Positions 1-9,900 of a DNA stretch of 64,000 nt are shown one piece after another; within the stretch, counting starts at the first letter, position 1; every line of letters starts with the position of its first letter. The stretch lies in NCBI GenBank assembly GCA_963726255.1, contig CAVSBL010000002.1, positions 1,792,001 to 1,856,000 on the forward strand. Reading direction: 5' to 3'. The notes under the pieces were generated by a model that had not been told where the DNA came from, did not search any database, and saw only the letters and a program-made list of their open reading frames with translations. This DNA is from Candidatus Bathyarchaeota archaeon (GTDB taxonomy: Archaea; Thermoproteota; Bathyarchaeia; 40CM-2-53-6). The position numbers and the translations under genes were made by a program.

Positions 1-1
1 C

Positions 2-178
2 CGCACGCAAAACAACGACCCGTCAACCTTCGGCATCACCATCTTCCGCGCTGAATCTGAGAACGCGGCCCGCTCGATAATGAACAATGATCCTGCAGTC
101 AAAAAGGGCCTAATGCGGGCGGAACTATTTCCTTACAAAGTCGCTGGCTTGGATGCCAGCAACTGGGCAGCCGACTGA
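2..178 (+). CDS. Partial (5'-truncated) YciI-like protein
   Basis: Frame 2 translated by hand: ...TFGITIFRAESENAARSIMNNDPAVKKGLMRAELFPYKVA...; the 'DPAV..G' and 'ELFPY' pattern resembles the YciI C-terminus. TGA at 176-178. Confidence 0.6.
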   Translation, partial: RTQNNDPSTFGITIFRAESENAARSIMNNDPAVKKGLMRAELFPYKVAGLDASNWAAD

Positions 179-310
179 TCGACGAATGCACTGTGACTAT
201 TGTTTACCCCTTTCTCAACGAATCACTGAAGCCAGAGTTCAAATTACGATACCAGCACTTGACAGGTACTCGCGTCCCGTGAGGTGAGAACCACGAGTGA
301 TGGACAAACG

Positions 311-1060
311 ATGAAGGAACCGGAGTACGGCAATTGGGTGTCCGCCAAATTGCTCTATGCCTCGGTTGCGATGAGCCTTCTATTCCTGTGCCTATCGTTT
401 GTGGTCTCCATCCTCGTCGTTGGAGCAGTTCCATTTCTCTTGTCACTCGCCTATTTTGCGTATGCGCGCCGCACGTTCTCACAGCGAGGAGGAAACCTAC
501 AGGCCCGAATCCGCAACCTCGTGATTGAGCACTTAAATTGGGAAGGAGAGGGCAAAGCGCTCGACATCGGATGTGGAAATGGTCCGTTGGCGATCAAGCT
601 GGCAAACCGACACCCTAACGCTCACGTGACCGGGATTGATTATTGGGGCGGCATGTGGGAATACTCGGAAACGGTCTGCGAGAGGAATGCGGAAATCGTA
701 GGTGTCGCTGACCGTATAACTTTCCAAAAGGCAAGCGCAGCCTCCCTGCCATTCGAAGACGAATCATTCGATGCAGTAGTCAGCAACCTCGTATTTCACG
801 AGGTACGCGACGTCAAAGACAAAAGAGAACTGGTCAAGGAAGCTTTGAGAACGGTCAAGAAAGGCGGAGCATTCTCTTTTCAGGATCTGTTCCTTTCAAA
901 GGAATATTTTGGAGATGTCGATGGTCTGCTCGCGACGATCAAGAGCTGGGGGGTCAGAGAGGTGGTGTTTGTGAACACAAGTGATTCCGAGTTCATACCG
1001 AAAGCGCTGAGACTCCCGTTCATGCTCGGGAGAATAGGCATCGTCTACGGAACAAAGTGA
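311..1060 (+). CDS. Class I SAM-dependent methyltransferase with N-terminal TM helices
   Basis: LDIGCGNG motif I, 'LPFEDESFDAVVSNLVFHE', 'KKGG'; hydrophobic N-terminus. ORF could start at 284. Confidence 0.85.
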   Translation: MKEPEYGNWVSAKLLYASVAMSLLFLCLSFVVSILVVGAVPFLLSLAYFAYARRTFSQRGGNLQARIRNLVIEHLNWEGEGKALDIGCGNGPLAIKLANRHPNAHVTGIDYWGGMWEYSETVCERNAEIVGVADRITFQKASAASLPFEDESFDAVVSNLVFHEVRDVKDKRELVKEALRTVKKGGAFSFQDLFLSKEYFGDVDGLLATIKSWGVREVVFVNTSDSEFIPKALRLPFMLGRIGIVYGTK

Positions 1061-1157
1061 TGTGGTGGTTGTGGGAGTGGAAGATTCGGGGAGCAGCCCG
1101 ATAGTGTCATTATCGAGAAGGCGCAGTGCTTCCGATTTTGTGTATGGTTGGGTCGGC

Positions 1158-2204
1158 CTAAGTTTTCGTGCTCTTGCTGCTTTTCCTTAACGCCCAGAAA
1201 GCCATGGCGATTCCTATCAGGCCTATGATTATGCCACTCATGCCGAGCGTTGTTGCCGTGCTTATTTGCTGCCCAAATGAACCTGTCTGCGAGACCGGGA
1301 GCACAATCACTTCACCTACCATACCGGCTATGTGGCCGTTTTCGACCGCCGAGTGATACTTACAGTAGTAGAGGTAGGTTCCAGGGTTGTTGAAAGTATA
1401 GCTGAACGTATCCATTCCGGGTACTGGTGCCATTGCTCCGCCTAGCAACGCTACGCCCTGATCATTGACTGCAGGCACTTGGTCTATCGTAATGCCTGGG
1501 GGCGCAATCATGGGGCTTGAGTCGAACAACGTGCCAAGAACCTGGGTGCCATTTGGCAATGTTACGACTGAGACAACGGTGTGTACTTCAAAGCCGGAAA
1601 GGTTTTGGAAAATCACTTTCGTTCCCCATGGGACTGCGATGTTGTTCGGCAAGAATTGCTCAACCTCTGTAGGTCCGCTCGAGACGCCAGTTACGACGGT
1701 GAACTGCGAACCAGGAGAAGCTGTTTGATTTGTTACCGTCAGCGTTCCATTCATTCCCGAATCCTGATGGAGGGTACACAAGAACCCGTAGGTTCCCGGG
1801 CTAAGCTTGCTAGTATCTAAGACAAAGCTGCCACCAGGTGGGATGAAACCCCCAGGACCAAATACGAACGGAGGTAAAGGAAACGAAACCTTCGGGTTCG
1901 AGTCAAACAACGGCGTACCGTCGGCCGTGACGTTCTCTGAGGTCACAGTATGTGGTCCGTCTAGAGCCTTCCAAACAATAGTATCGCCTGCATTGATGAC
2001 CATCACTGAGGGGCTGAAGCCCATATACATCGACTCCCCGCCCGGATGCGGCAGGTCGCCCCCCACAAACACTGTGTGCGTTGTGGGAGAATTCTGCGCA
2101 AACGCACTGGACGGCAGAGCAAGTGCGATTACTAGAGTCAGAGAAAGGACAACGATTGCCGCGAACAATTTCCCAGTGTGTGTACTCAGACTGATCTTGA
2201 CCAT
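1158..2204 (-). CDS. Membrane-anchored tandem cupredoxin (blue copper) protein
   Basis: Signal peptide, two 'H-T-V' plus C-x-x-H...M ligand sets (FLCTLHQDSGM; YYCKYHSAVENGHIAGM), C-terminal TM helix. Confidence 0.8.
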   Translation of the reverse strand: MVKISLSTHTGKLFAAIVVLSLTLVIALALPSSAFAQNSPTTHTVFVGGDLPHPGGESMYMGFSPSVMVINAGDTIVWKALDGPHTVTSENVTADGTPLFDSNPKVSFPLPPFVFGPGGFIPPGGSFVLDTSKLSPGTYGFLCTLHQDSGMNGTLTVTNQTASPGSQFTVVTGVSSGPTEVEQFLPNNIAVPWGTKVIFQNLSGFEVHTVVSVVTLPNGTQVLGTLFDSSPMIAPPGITIDQVPAVNDQGVALLGGAMAPVPGMDTFSYTFNNPGTYLYYCKYHSAVENGHIAGMVGEVIVLPVSQTGSFGQQISTATTLGMSGIIIGLIGIAMAFWALRKSSKSTKT

Positions 2205-2219
2205 ATCAACATCAACGCA

Positions 2220-2843
2220 TTATTTTGACGCCGCTGAAATGAAACCATCATTATTAAGTTTGGTTAAGGGGCTGAGGCCTCTCGCGACCATTCCGGCTAC
2301 GCGGATTGGTTCGGGCAGCCGCGAAATTGTAGCTGCGAAAGCGATGGCCTTCCTGGCAAATGACGGTGAAGTGCCTTTGACTTCGAAGTAGAGTTTGGCT
2401 TCTTTGGGGTGTGGTTTGAAGTTGTAGAGCGGGCCGGCGTTCTGGACTATTCGCCAGCGCTCCGCCCAATCGGTAAAATGTTTTCGCAGAGCGCGCCTGA
2501 CGGCTGTGTTATTCGGCTGCTCTTTGCTGATTGCGACGATGGGCTTCCGGGTGGACCGGGCGAGTTCTTGAATGTCAACGAGGTTGAAGCCTCCGAAAGA
2601 AATGCCGGATAGCATCACAACATCGAATCTGAGGGCCTTGAGCATAGATGCTAAGACTCGGTTGGCGTCCCTTCCGTCAACTTCTATCAGTCCCAGCCTC
2701 ACAGCGGAGATGGTTGAATGTTGGAAGAGCACTGCCGCTAGGAGGGCGTGTTGCTTAACCTTCTGCGTTATCTGGAATGTTCCGTCGTCTACTCCTACAA
2801 TTCTCAGGTTATTTCTGGTGTTTCTGAAGTGACTTCGGGACAT
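2220..2843 (-). CDS. DUF99 family protein (endonuclease V-like fold)
   Basis: 'IVGVDDG', 'VDGRDA', 'LSGISFGGFNLVD', 'LPEPIRVA' motifs; directly downstream of cdc6. Start uncertain. Confidence 0.8.
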   Translation of the reverse strand: MSRSHFRNTRNNLRIVGVDDGTFQITQKVKQHALLAAVLFQHSTISAVRLGLIEVDGRDANRVLASMLKALRFDVVMLSGISFGGFNLVDIQELARSTRKPIVAISKEQPNNTAVRRALRKHFTDWAERWRIVQNAGPLYNFKPHPKEAKLYFEVKGTSPSFARKAIAFAATISRLPEPIRVAGMVARGLSPLTKLNNDGFISAASK

Positions 2844-4068
2844 ATCCGAAGAGTCTGCCTGCAAGGTTGTCCTCGGCGTAAGTGTCCGCGATGACTCGTG
2901 GTGAGACGCCTATTCTTATCTTCTTGGTTCGGCCGTACCGCCCGAAACTTACCACGCGCGCATTCAAGATGCCCATTACGTCTAATTCGTTGATCAAGCC
3001 GCTAACCCTACGTTGTGTTAGGGGCTCCAAGTCGCTTGTTGAGCAGAGTTCATGGTACACTTCGTACACGTCGCCTGTAATCGCACCTCCAGGAAGGTGG
3101 TTGCTGAGCAGGTAGGCACTTACGAGGAGTATTTTCGAGTGCGCTGGGAGGGACTTCAAGACCTCCGACACCCGGTCATGTTCAATTTTCTGTTGGGCTA
3201 GTCGTACGTGCTGCTCAAGGATACGTGTCGCACTTTCGCGTTCCGCTAACTCGCCTGCCACCCGGAGAAGGTCTAGGGCGCGTCGAGCATCACCATGCTC
3301 CCCAGCCGCGAGAGCGGAACAAAGCCTCAAGGCGTTTTCATCCAGGCGGCCGTTAATGAAAGCCAGCTTCGCCCGATCCATCAAAATATCGAAGAGCTCA
3401 TTGGCCAAGTATGGCCGAAAGACCACTTCTTCTTCGCTAAGAGAGCTTAGAACCCGTGGGTCCAAGAATTCCTTAAAGTGAAGGTCGTTTGAAATTCCCA
3501 CGAGGCTAATCCAGGATGAATTTAGGTTCTCGTTGATCCTTGTCAACTCGTACAGCAACGAGTCATCCGCGCTATGTCGTATGAGGGCATCAATCTCGTC
3601 CAACGTAACGAGCAGCGCAGTTCGATCCGCGTTTATCCCGTTAGAGAATCGGTCGAGCAATTCGCCAACTGCAATGCCTGTGAAAGGCACTTCCACACCC
3701 ACAGCCCTGCATATCTCGGCGAGCACTCGGTAGTTTGTCCCCGCCAGACGGCAGTTGATGTAAGCGATCTTAACCGGTGCTCCGATTTCCGTAGCTTTCT
3801 TCTCAAGTTTGCCAAGAACAAATTTCGTGACGATCGTCTTACCAGTGCCCGTTTTACCGTAAACAAACACGTTCGATATCTTCGACTCTTGAAGCGCGGG
3901 TGCGAGGATCCCGGCCAGGCGCTGGATATGTTCGTCCCTGTGCGGTAGGTGGATTGGCATGTAATCATGTCGAAGAACGTCCCTATCCTCGAAAATCTTT
4001 GCAGTCGACAGGTACTTGTCGAACAAAGTCTCCATAACATCTGTTGCTGGTAAAGAAAACCTCTCCAC
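2809..4068 (-). CDS. cdc6: Orc1/Cdc6 replication initiator
   Basis: 'LPHRDE', Walker A GKTGTGKT, Walker B LDEID, 'GDARRALDLLR', C-terminal wHTH 'GRYGRT'. Confidence 0.97.
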   Translation of the reverse strand: MERFSLPATDVMETLFDKYLSTAKIFEDRDVLRHDYMPIHLPHRDEHIQRLAGILAPALQESKISNVFVYGKTGTGKTIVTKFVLGKLEKKATEIGAPVKIAYINCRLAGTNYRVLAEICRAVGVEVPFTGIAVGELLDRFSNGINADRTALLVTLDEIDALIRHSADDSLLYELTRINENLNSSWISLVGISNDLHFKEFLDPRVLSSLSEEEVVFRPYLANELFDILMDRAKLAFINGRLDENALRLCSALAAGEHGDARRALDLLRVAGELAERESATRILEQHVRLAQQKIEHDRVSEVLKSLPAHSKILLVSAYLLSNHLPGGAITGDVYEVYHELCSTSDLEPLTQRRVSGLINELDVMGILNARVVSFGRYGRTKKIRIGVSPRVIADTYAEDNLAGRLFGYVPKSLQKHQK

Positions 4069-4069
4069 T

Positions 4070-4600
4070 GGTTATGGCGCTATTGCATGTTGAAAAGTAG
4101 CTAACCATTCTTGTACAAGAAAACCAACTTGTGCCAGTGGAAACTTCTAATACAAATCAAGGGCGTACTCGCGAAAAATGGTGTAACTTCAGTAATAATT
4201 TGAAAAACTGACCCCCACACCCCTATGGTTCCACTCCAAGTATGCGGTTAGGAGAAATGGTTTGTAATCTGTTAAGAAGAACCCGGTAATGGTAATGCAC
4301 TCGTAATGTAAAGGATAGCGTATTTGTTTCGTTGTATAATATACTCTAATTTTTAGTGGAAGCACTCGTGTTGCCGTTCTTAGTATTGTTATTGAAGCCA
4401 TGGAATGATCAATATCGGATGGAAAGTCCAGTCGAAATGAAGGGGTTAGGGAAACGGTTTCTGAACGACATTACTACGGTTCACCTGTTGTCATCTGTGG
4501 ACTGTTGTAATAACCCCTCTATTTCCACTGTAAGCTTAGAATTGCTACTGGAAGCAAGGAAATCTTCGCCTCCACAGTTAAGTTCAACTTATAACATGTT
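4070..4600. other. Replication origin (oriC) with ORB elements
   Basis: AT-rich intergenic region upstream of cdc6 with ORB-like boxes: CCAGTGGAAAC 4134-4144 (+), GGAGTGGAACCATAGGGGTGTGGGGG 4212-4237 (-), TCCAGTCGAAATGAAGGGGT 4427-4446 (+), ACAGTGGAAATAGAGGGGT 4513-4531 (-), plus partial boxes near 4062, 4355 and 4546. Confidence 0.85.
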
Positions 4601-4621
4601 GAGTGTTATTTGTGGTCGCCC

Positions 4622-5017
4622 ATGAAGAAGCGAATCAAGCTCGAGTTCTTCGATCGCACAGGCGTTAAGCACAGCATTGCAATCGAAGGCGACGTCACTG
4701 CCGATAAAGTAAACCATCTCCTAGAATACGCTGAGATTGTTGCCGGGTCCTCAAATCAGAGGATCCCACTGGCGCCAGGCGCGCAGGATAGCAAGATGAA
4801 CAGGTTGCTGGATGTGATCAACACTCGTTTGGTTGACCGCAGCTTTGACTCGAGGGAGATTCTTCAGTCCTACAGGGAGGCTTGGGGAGATGAGTTCACA
4901 TTGGGGGCCGTTTCAACATACCTCTCCCGTTTAGCGGATCGGGGCACTTTAGAGAGGACGGGCTCGCCCTCTCACTGGTTCTACCGGCTTAAGTCTTCTC
5001 CGACGCTTTCTCCGTAA
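4622..5017 (+). CDS. Hypothetical protein with C-terminal winged-helix domain
   Basis: ATG at 4622; C-terminal 'FDSREILQSY...LGAVSTYLSRLADRGTLER.G....WFYRL' is a wHTH pattern. Confidence 0.75.
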   Translation: MKKRIKLEFFDRTGVKHSIAIEGDVTADKVNHLLEYAEIVAGSSNQRIPLAPGAQDSKMNRLLDVINTRLVDRSFDSREILQSYREAWGDEFTLGAVSTYLSRLADRGTLERTGSPSHWFYRLKSSPTLSP

Positions 5018-5687
5018 CTTCCGGATTGCCAGGGCTAAGCGCGGAACGGGCAGTCTCGCTTATCCTGTATCTAAATGGGGCTTTGTTCGATTCGCGGTCA
5101 ACGTATCCTTCCAAGTACAACTTCTTCATCAATCGCGACGTGTGCTCCCTCGACTTGTTCAGGCGCCGTCCCAATTCAGGTGCTGCCTTAGGCCCTTCCC
5201 GGCTCAATATCTCCAAGGTTTCGCGCTCGGTGGGAGTCAGAGAAGACAAAACGTCCCCCTCGCGCACAACACCACCTAATGGAGGGCGTTTAGCGGGGGC
5301 TTCGACTGTTGGCCCTTTCTGTTGAAGGGAGGCAAACTTAGTTTTCGCCTGTTCGAGTTCGCTTATCAGACGTTTGTCATTGGCTAGGGTTTCCTGCATG
5401 CTCTTTAGCAGCTGACTATGGGACGAGTGAAGGGATGCTTGCTCCCACTCGACTCCCGAAGTCCGGCTCTTGACGCCGTCCAGCTCGACTTGCAGTTGGC
5501 TGACGACAGATTCGGATTGTTCAATGCGTGAGGTAAGGGCGTCTACGATCACGCTGACGAAGGAAGCTGACTCGGTGAGCGCCTGTTTACTCTGCTTGAA
5601 CGCTCGCACAGCCCTGCCTGCTAAGAGCAGGAGGGCTATGAATATCACAACAGAAAGGGCGTCCAGGGCTAACGTCAATGGGTCCAA
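4989..5687 (-). CDS. Membrane-anchored coiled-coil protein with C-terminal wHTH (MarR-like)
   Basis: N-terminal TM helix (LSVVIFIALLLLAG), heptad-rich middle, 'LTPTERETLEIL...APELGRRLNKSREHTSRLMKKLYLEGYVDR'. Confidence 0.8.
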   Translation of the reverse strand: MDPLTLALDALSVVIFIALLLLAGRAVRAFKQSKQALTESASFVSVIVDALTSRIEQSESVVSQLQVELDGVKSRTSGVEWEQASLHSSHSQLLKSMQETLANDKRLISELEQAKTKFASLQQKGPTVEAPAKRPPLGGVVREGDVLSSLTPTERETLEILSREGPKAAPELGRRLNKSREHTSRLMKKLYLEGYVDRESNKAPFRYRISETARSALSPGNPEVTEKASEKT

Positions 5688-5731
5688 GGTTGAGAAGACG
5701 TTTGGACGAGCCTATTTTAGTCTCATTTACG

Positions 5732-5944
5732 CGTGTGATGTCACACGGCACATTTGACGTCACAATGATGACACGGTGATGGAAGAATGATGCGGCTCCG
5801 CATCACAATCTCACGAAACCCGCCGTATATGCGTGGGAAAGGCTGGAAATCACCTCTTTTCACGATATTCAGCCTACCTAAGCTCATCACGGTGATGCCG
5901 GGAGGATGTCCAGCGCTCATGAGACATCACGTGATGTCACGTGA
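5732..5944. repeat. Array of TGAYG/CATCA half-sites and palindromes
   Basis: CGTGTGA-TG-TCACACG 5732-5747; TGAYG starting at 5755, 5766, 5777 and 5788 (11-bp spacing); TGATGCGG-CT-CCGCATCA 5788-5805; CATCAC-G-GTGATG 5885-5897; perfect palindrome GACATCACGTGATGTC 5923-5938 running into TCACGTGA 5937-5944. Confidence 0.8.
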
Positions 5945-5975
5945 GCAATTTTCAAATGAGCTTCGCTCGCCATTG

Positions 5976-6446
5976 TCAGAGTGTGTCTTTGAAACTTTGG
6001 CGTTTGGCTAGGGCGGAAATGCTTTCGAGGAGTCTTTGGTTCAATTGTTCGATGGCTTCGCGGTCAGTTTGGGATGACCTCTTAGCTTCCTGAATGTATC
6101 CCTGAATCGTGTCCGAGAGTTCGGTGAAGGGTTGAAGGGAGGGTGTATCGAAGAGCCCCACGTATCCAAGCAGCAAAATGGTGTAAATTGAGCGAACCAC
6201 ATTGTTTTGGCCTTGAATCAGGGTGCGATTGTACGCGCCACGGCTGACGCGTTTCCCAGACGGCCTAAAGAGTCGTCTTTGCGCCTTTAGTGCTCCCTTC
6301 TCACTTGAGAGAGAATCAGCGAGGAGGGTTTCTAACTGCGGGAGAGTAAGTTGGCTGCTCCGAAGAAGGAGTCGCGTCACAGGATCGGTCAAGGTCTCGC
6401 GAATTGAGGAACGGGCCTCAGACACCATATCTAGACGGTCAGACAC
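5976..6446 (-). CDS. Conserved-looking hypothetical protein (possible DNA-binding helical protein)
   Basis: 156-aa ORF filling the gap; 'LLRSSQLT..QLETL', 'VSRGAYNRTL.Q...NV.RSIYTILLLGY.G'. Confidence 0.7.
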   Translation of the reverse strand: MSDRLDMVSEARSSIRETLTDPVTRLLLRSSQLTLPQLETLLADSLSSEKGALKAQRRLFRPSGKRVSRGAYNRTLIQGQNNVVRSIYTILLLGYVGLFDTPSLQPFTELSDTIQGYIQEAKRSSQTDREAIEQLNQRLLESISALAKRQSFKDTL

Positions 6447-6619
6447 ACCACCAGCCTCATGGATACGGTTTCGTATTCGCTTAAGACCTTTTTCGACGAC
6501 CCCGACTCAATCTCCACCCCCATCAATTTTCTACAACGTTCCATGAAAGTTCGCTGACGGCATGCAACCTTGAAATAAGCCGTGACTCATGTCAACTTCT
6601 ACTAAAGAAGGAAATCTGG

Positions 6620-6904
6620 TTGGGTAGACGCAGAAGAAGGGTCGTCAAAGTAATCAAGAAGAAACTGCCATCAGTTTTCACTTGCCCTTCCTGCGGCGAG
6701 GAATCAATACGCGTGAAATTGCCCCAAGGGCCGGGACCCGCTACAGTTCAATGCGGTGCCTGTGGAATCAAACGCGAATTCGAAGCCACACCCTCAAGCC
6801 AGATCGTCGACATCTACTGCAAGTTCACGGACGAATACTACAGCAAAGAGAAACCACCAGAAGCCCCCAAGCAAACATCCGAACCTCCCCCGCAAACGAC
6901 GTAG
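6620..6904 (+). CDS. elf1: Transcription elongation factor Elf1
   Basis: MGRRRRR basic N-terminus, 'LP.VFTCPSC', 'CGACG', 'VDIYCKFTD'. Confidence 0.92.
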   Translation: MGRRRRRVVKVIKKKLPSVFTCPSCGEESIRVKLPQGPGPATVQCGACGIKREFEATPSSQIVDIYCKFTDEYYSKEKPPEAPKQTSEPPPQTT

Positions 6905-6992
6905 CCTCCCATCGCATCACTAGAGCCAGCTGAATCCTCGCGCCTCTCAGTGTTAAATTCCTCTTAGCTACTCTTTAGGCTGGGCTAGCCTA

Positions 6993-9900
6993 ATGGAGGC
7001 CTCCGTTCTCAGCGAACATGACGCGTATTTCCAACGCCTCAAAGATCAGTTAGATAGACTCTACGATCTTTCTAGGCAGGCGAGAGCGAAAGGATTCGAC
7101 CCCTCACCCGAACCTGAATCCCTAGTTACACACGACGTCGCCGAGCGTGTTGAGAAGGCAGTTGGCCCGGTTGGCGTGGCTTCAAGGATTCGTGAACATT
7201 CACGTGTCATGCAACGCGAGCTTGTGGCACTTAAGATGGCGGAAGAGATCGCCCTAGGTAAGTACGGGACTGGAGGGGAAGAAGCAGCTGAACAGGCGGT
7301 GCGAACGGCCTCCGCCATACTTGATGAGGGGGTAACCGCCGCCCCAATAGAGGGAATCTCAGACGTCCGAATTAGAACGAACCAGGATGGCAGCAAATAC
7401 CTAGCGGTCTACTTTGCCGGCCCCATAAGGTCGGCCGGCGGCACAGATATGGCGCTTATTCTCGTAATCACCGACTACGTTCGCCACCAACTCGGATTGG
7501 GCAAATACAAAGCTACGGAACTTGAAGCGAAACGATTCGTGGAGGAACTCCGCATCTATGAGAGAGAAGTCGCCCGATTCCAGTTCAAGGTATCAGATGA
7601 GGAGTTGTTCAACGCAATCATGCGGCTTCCGGTTGAAGTTAACGGCGTCGAAACCGACCCTGTCGAAGTGAGTGCGTACCGAAACGTGCCAAGAGTGGAA
7701 ACCAACCGGGTCAGGGGCGGAGCACTCAGGGTTGTCCACGACGGTTTGATTGGCAGAAGCCACAAGGTTCTGAAAATTGTGGACAGCCTCGGCATTGAAG
7801 GGTGGAGTTGGCTGAGGGAGATCAAGCCCCCAGTCGCTGAATCGGAGGAGGCACGTGAGTTCATGTTCATGGAGGACGTTCTCGCAGGCCGGCCAATATT
7901 CTCCTTCCCACAATTCCCCGGAGGCTTCAGGCTAAGGTATGGGCGGGCCAGAAACACAGGGTTGGCCGCCATTGGGGTACATCCCTCGACAATGATCGTT
8001 CTTGGAAAATTCATTGCGGTTGGGACACAGTTGAGGCTGGAGAAGCCTGGCAAAGCAGGGATAGCCGCGACGGTTGATTCCATTGAACCCCCAATCGTAA
8101 AACTAAAGGACGGGTCCGTCGCCAGGCTGCCCGACCCTAAGCAAGCGGAAAAACTGCTTGATTCAATTAGCAAGGTCCTCTTTCTCGGCGACCTTCTCAT
8201 AGGGTTCGGGGAATTCCTTGAAAACAACCGCCCACTCCTGCCGTCGGGTTTTGTTGAGGAATGGTGGCGGGAGCTCGTTAGGCTTGAGGCTGCGAACTAC
8301 GGTGGACTAGAGGCGTTCGCGAAACATGTCGATGTGAACGCCGCCGGACTAATCGAGTGGGCCGATGATTCAATTGGGGCCGTCCCAACCGCCGAAGACG
8401 CACTGCGCATCGCGAAACATTCCAACATACCCCTACACCCGCGGTACACCTACTTCTGGGAGAACATCGCCCCCCAGGACTTTGACCAGTTACGTTCCAG
8501 GCTGATGGACAAGGCCCAAACAGTAGCTTCCGCTACGCGAATCGTAACCAGAAGTGAGCCGTTAACCAAGGCCATTCTGGAGAACCTTTGCTTCCCCCAC
8601 AATGTCGACCATGAATCCATAGTAATCGAGGCCGAGGCGCCAATCCTGTACGAATGCCTCGGGCTGTCTTCCCCATCGAAACCACTCGAGGGCGGGGACG
8701 TCTTCCAGAAAATTGCCCAAGCATCGGGCATCCGCGTGATGAAGAAGGCCCCGGTCTATGTGGGCGCTAGGATGGGGCGGCCGGAGAAGGCAAAGCGGCG
8801 AGAGATGCGGCCGTTAGTCCACTGCCTCTTTCCCGTGGGGTTAGGTGGGGGCCCAAGGAGAAGCATCGTGGAGGCAGCAACGGAGCATGCCGTTATTTCC
8901 GTTGAAATAGCCTACCGAAAATGCAAGTGCGGCAACGTAACCCACCTTAACTTCTGTGAAAGATGCGGCGAGAAAACCACGAAGGTGTTTGTCTGCCCGA
9001 AATGTGGCGCTGAGGGCGCAAGCAAGACCTGCCCCAACTGCAGGAGCACCGCGCACGCGTATACAGAGAGAAGCGTGCCAATTCGGGATTTGTTGAATTT
9101 AGCGGAAAGAAAACTCTCCCTCACCGTGGTCCCCGAGTCTGTGAAAGGAGTGCGGGGGTTGACTAACGATGCTAAAGCACCGGAGCCGCTCGAGAAAGGC
9201 CTACTCCGGGCGAAACATGACGTGTCCGTCTTCAAAGATGGGACGATTCGATTCGACGCAACCAACGCCCCTCTTACACACTTCAAACCAGCTGAGGTAG
9301 GCGTCGAGGTTGAAAAGCTTCAAGCGCTAGGCTACAGCGTGGACATGAACGGCGAACCCCTCAAGTCAGCCGAGCAGTGTTGCAACCTCAAAGTGCACGA
9401 TATCATAGTAACCGAACAATGCGGCGACTATTTCGTCAGGGTTGCAAAGTTCCTTGATGAACTACTCCAAACCTTCTACGGCCTACCACCCTTCTACCAA
9501 GCCAGAACGAGACAGGACATAGTCGGCCAACTGGTCGTAGGCCTCTCCCCACACACGTCAGTCGGAGTCATCGGGCGCATCGTCGGATTCACCCGCGCCA
9601 GCGTCTGCCTCGCCCACCCCTTCTGGCACGCCACCAAGCGCCGCGATTGCTTCTCAGGAAAAGAAACGCTTCCCGTCTACGATGGAAAGGAGTGGAGAAT
9701 CCTTCCTATTCAAGAGCTAGTTGAAGACAAACTCCGTACGTGCAAGAGCAGAGAATACCCATTCGGTGAAGTCGTAGCAGAAGACCGAAGCCTACAGACA
9801 CTGGCACTTAACCCGCATACTATGCGTTACGACCTGAAACGAGTAATTGCATACTCTCGCCATCCCGCCCAGAATCACGTCGTAGAGCTAGTTACAAAGA

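Noticed and set aside
4189-4625. ORFs 4189-4401 (-) and 4356-4625 (+)
   Set aside because: They overlap the ORB-containing AT-rich origin and have no protein-like motifs.
5787-6011. 74-aa ORF across the motif array
   Set aside because: Its Met/His richness simply reflects the TGATG/CATCAC repeats.
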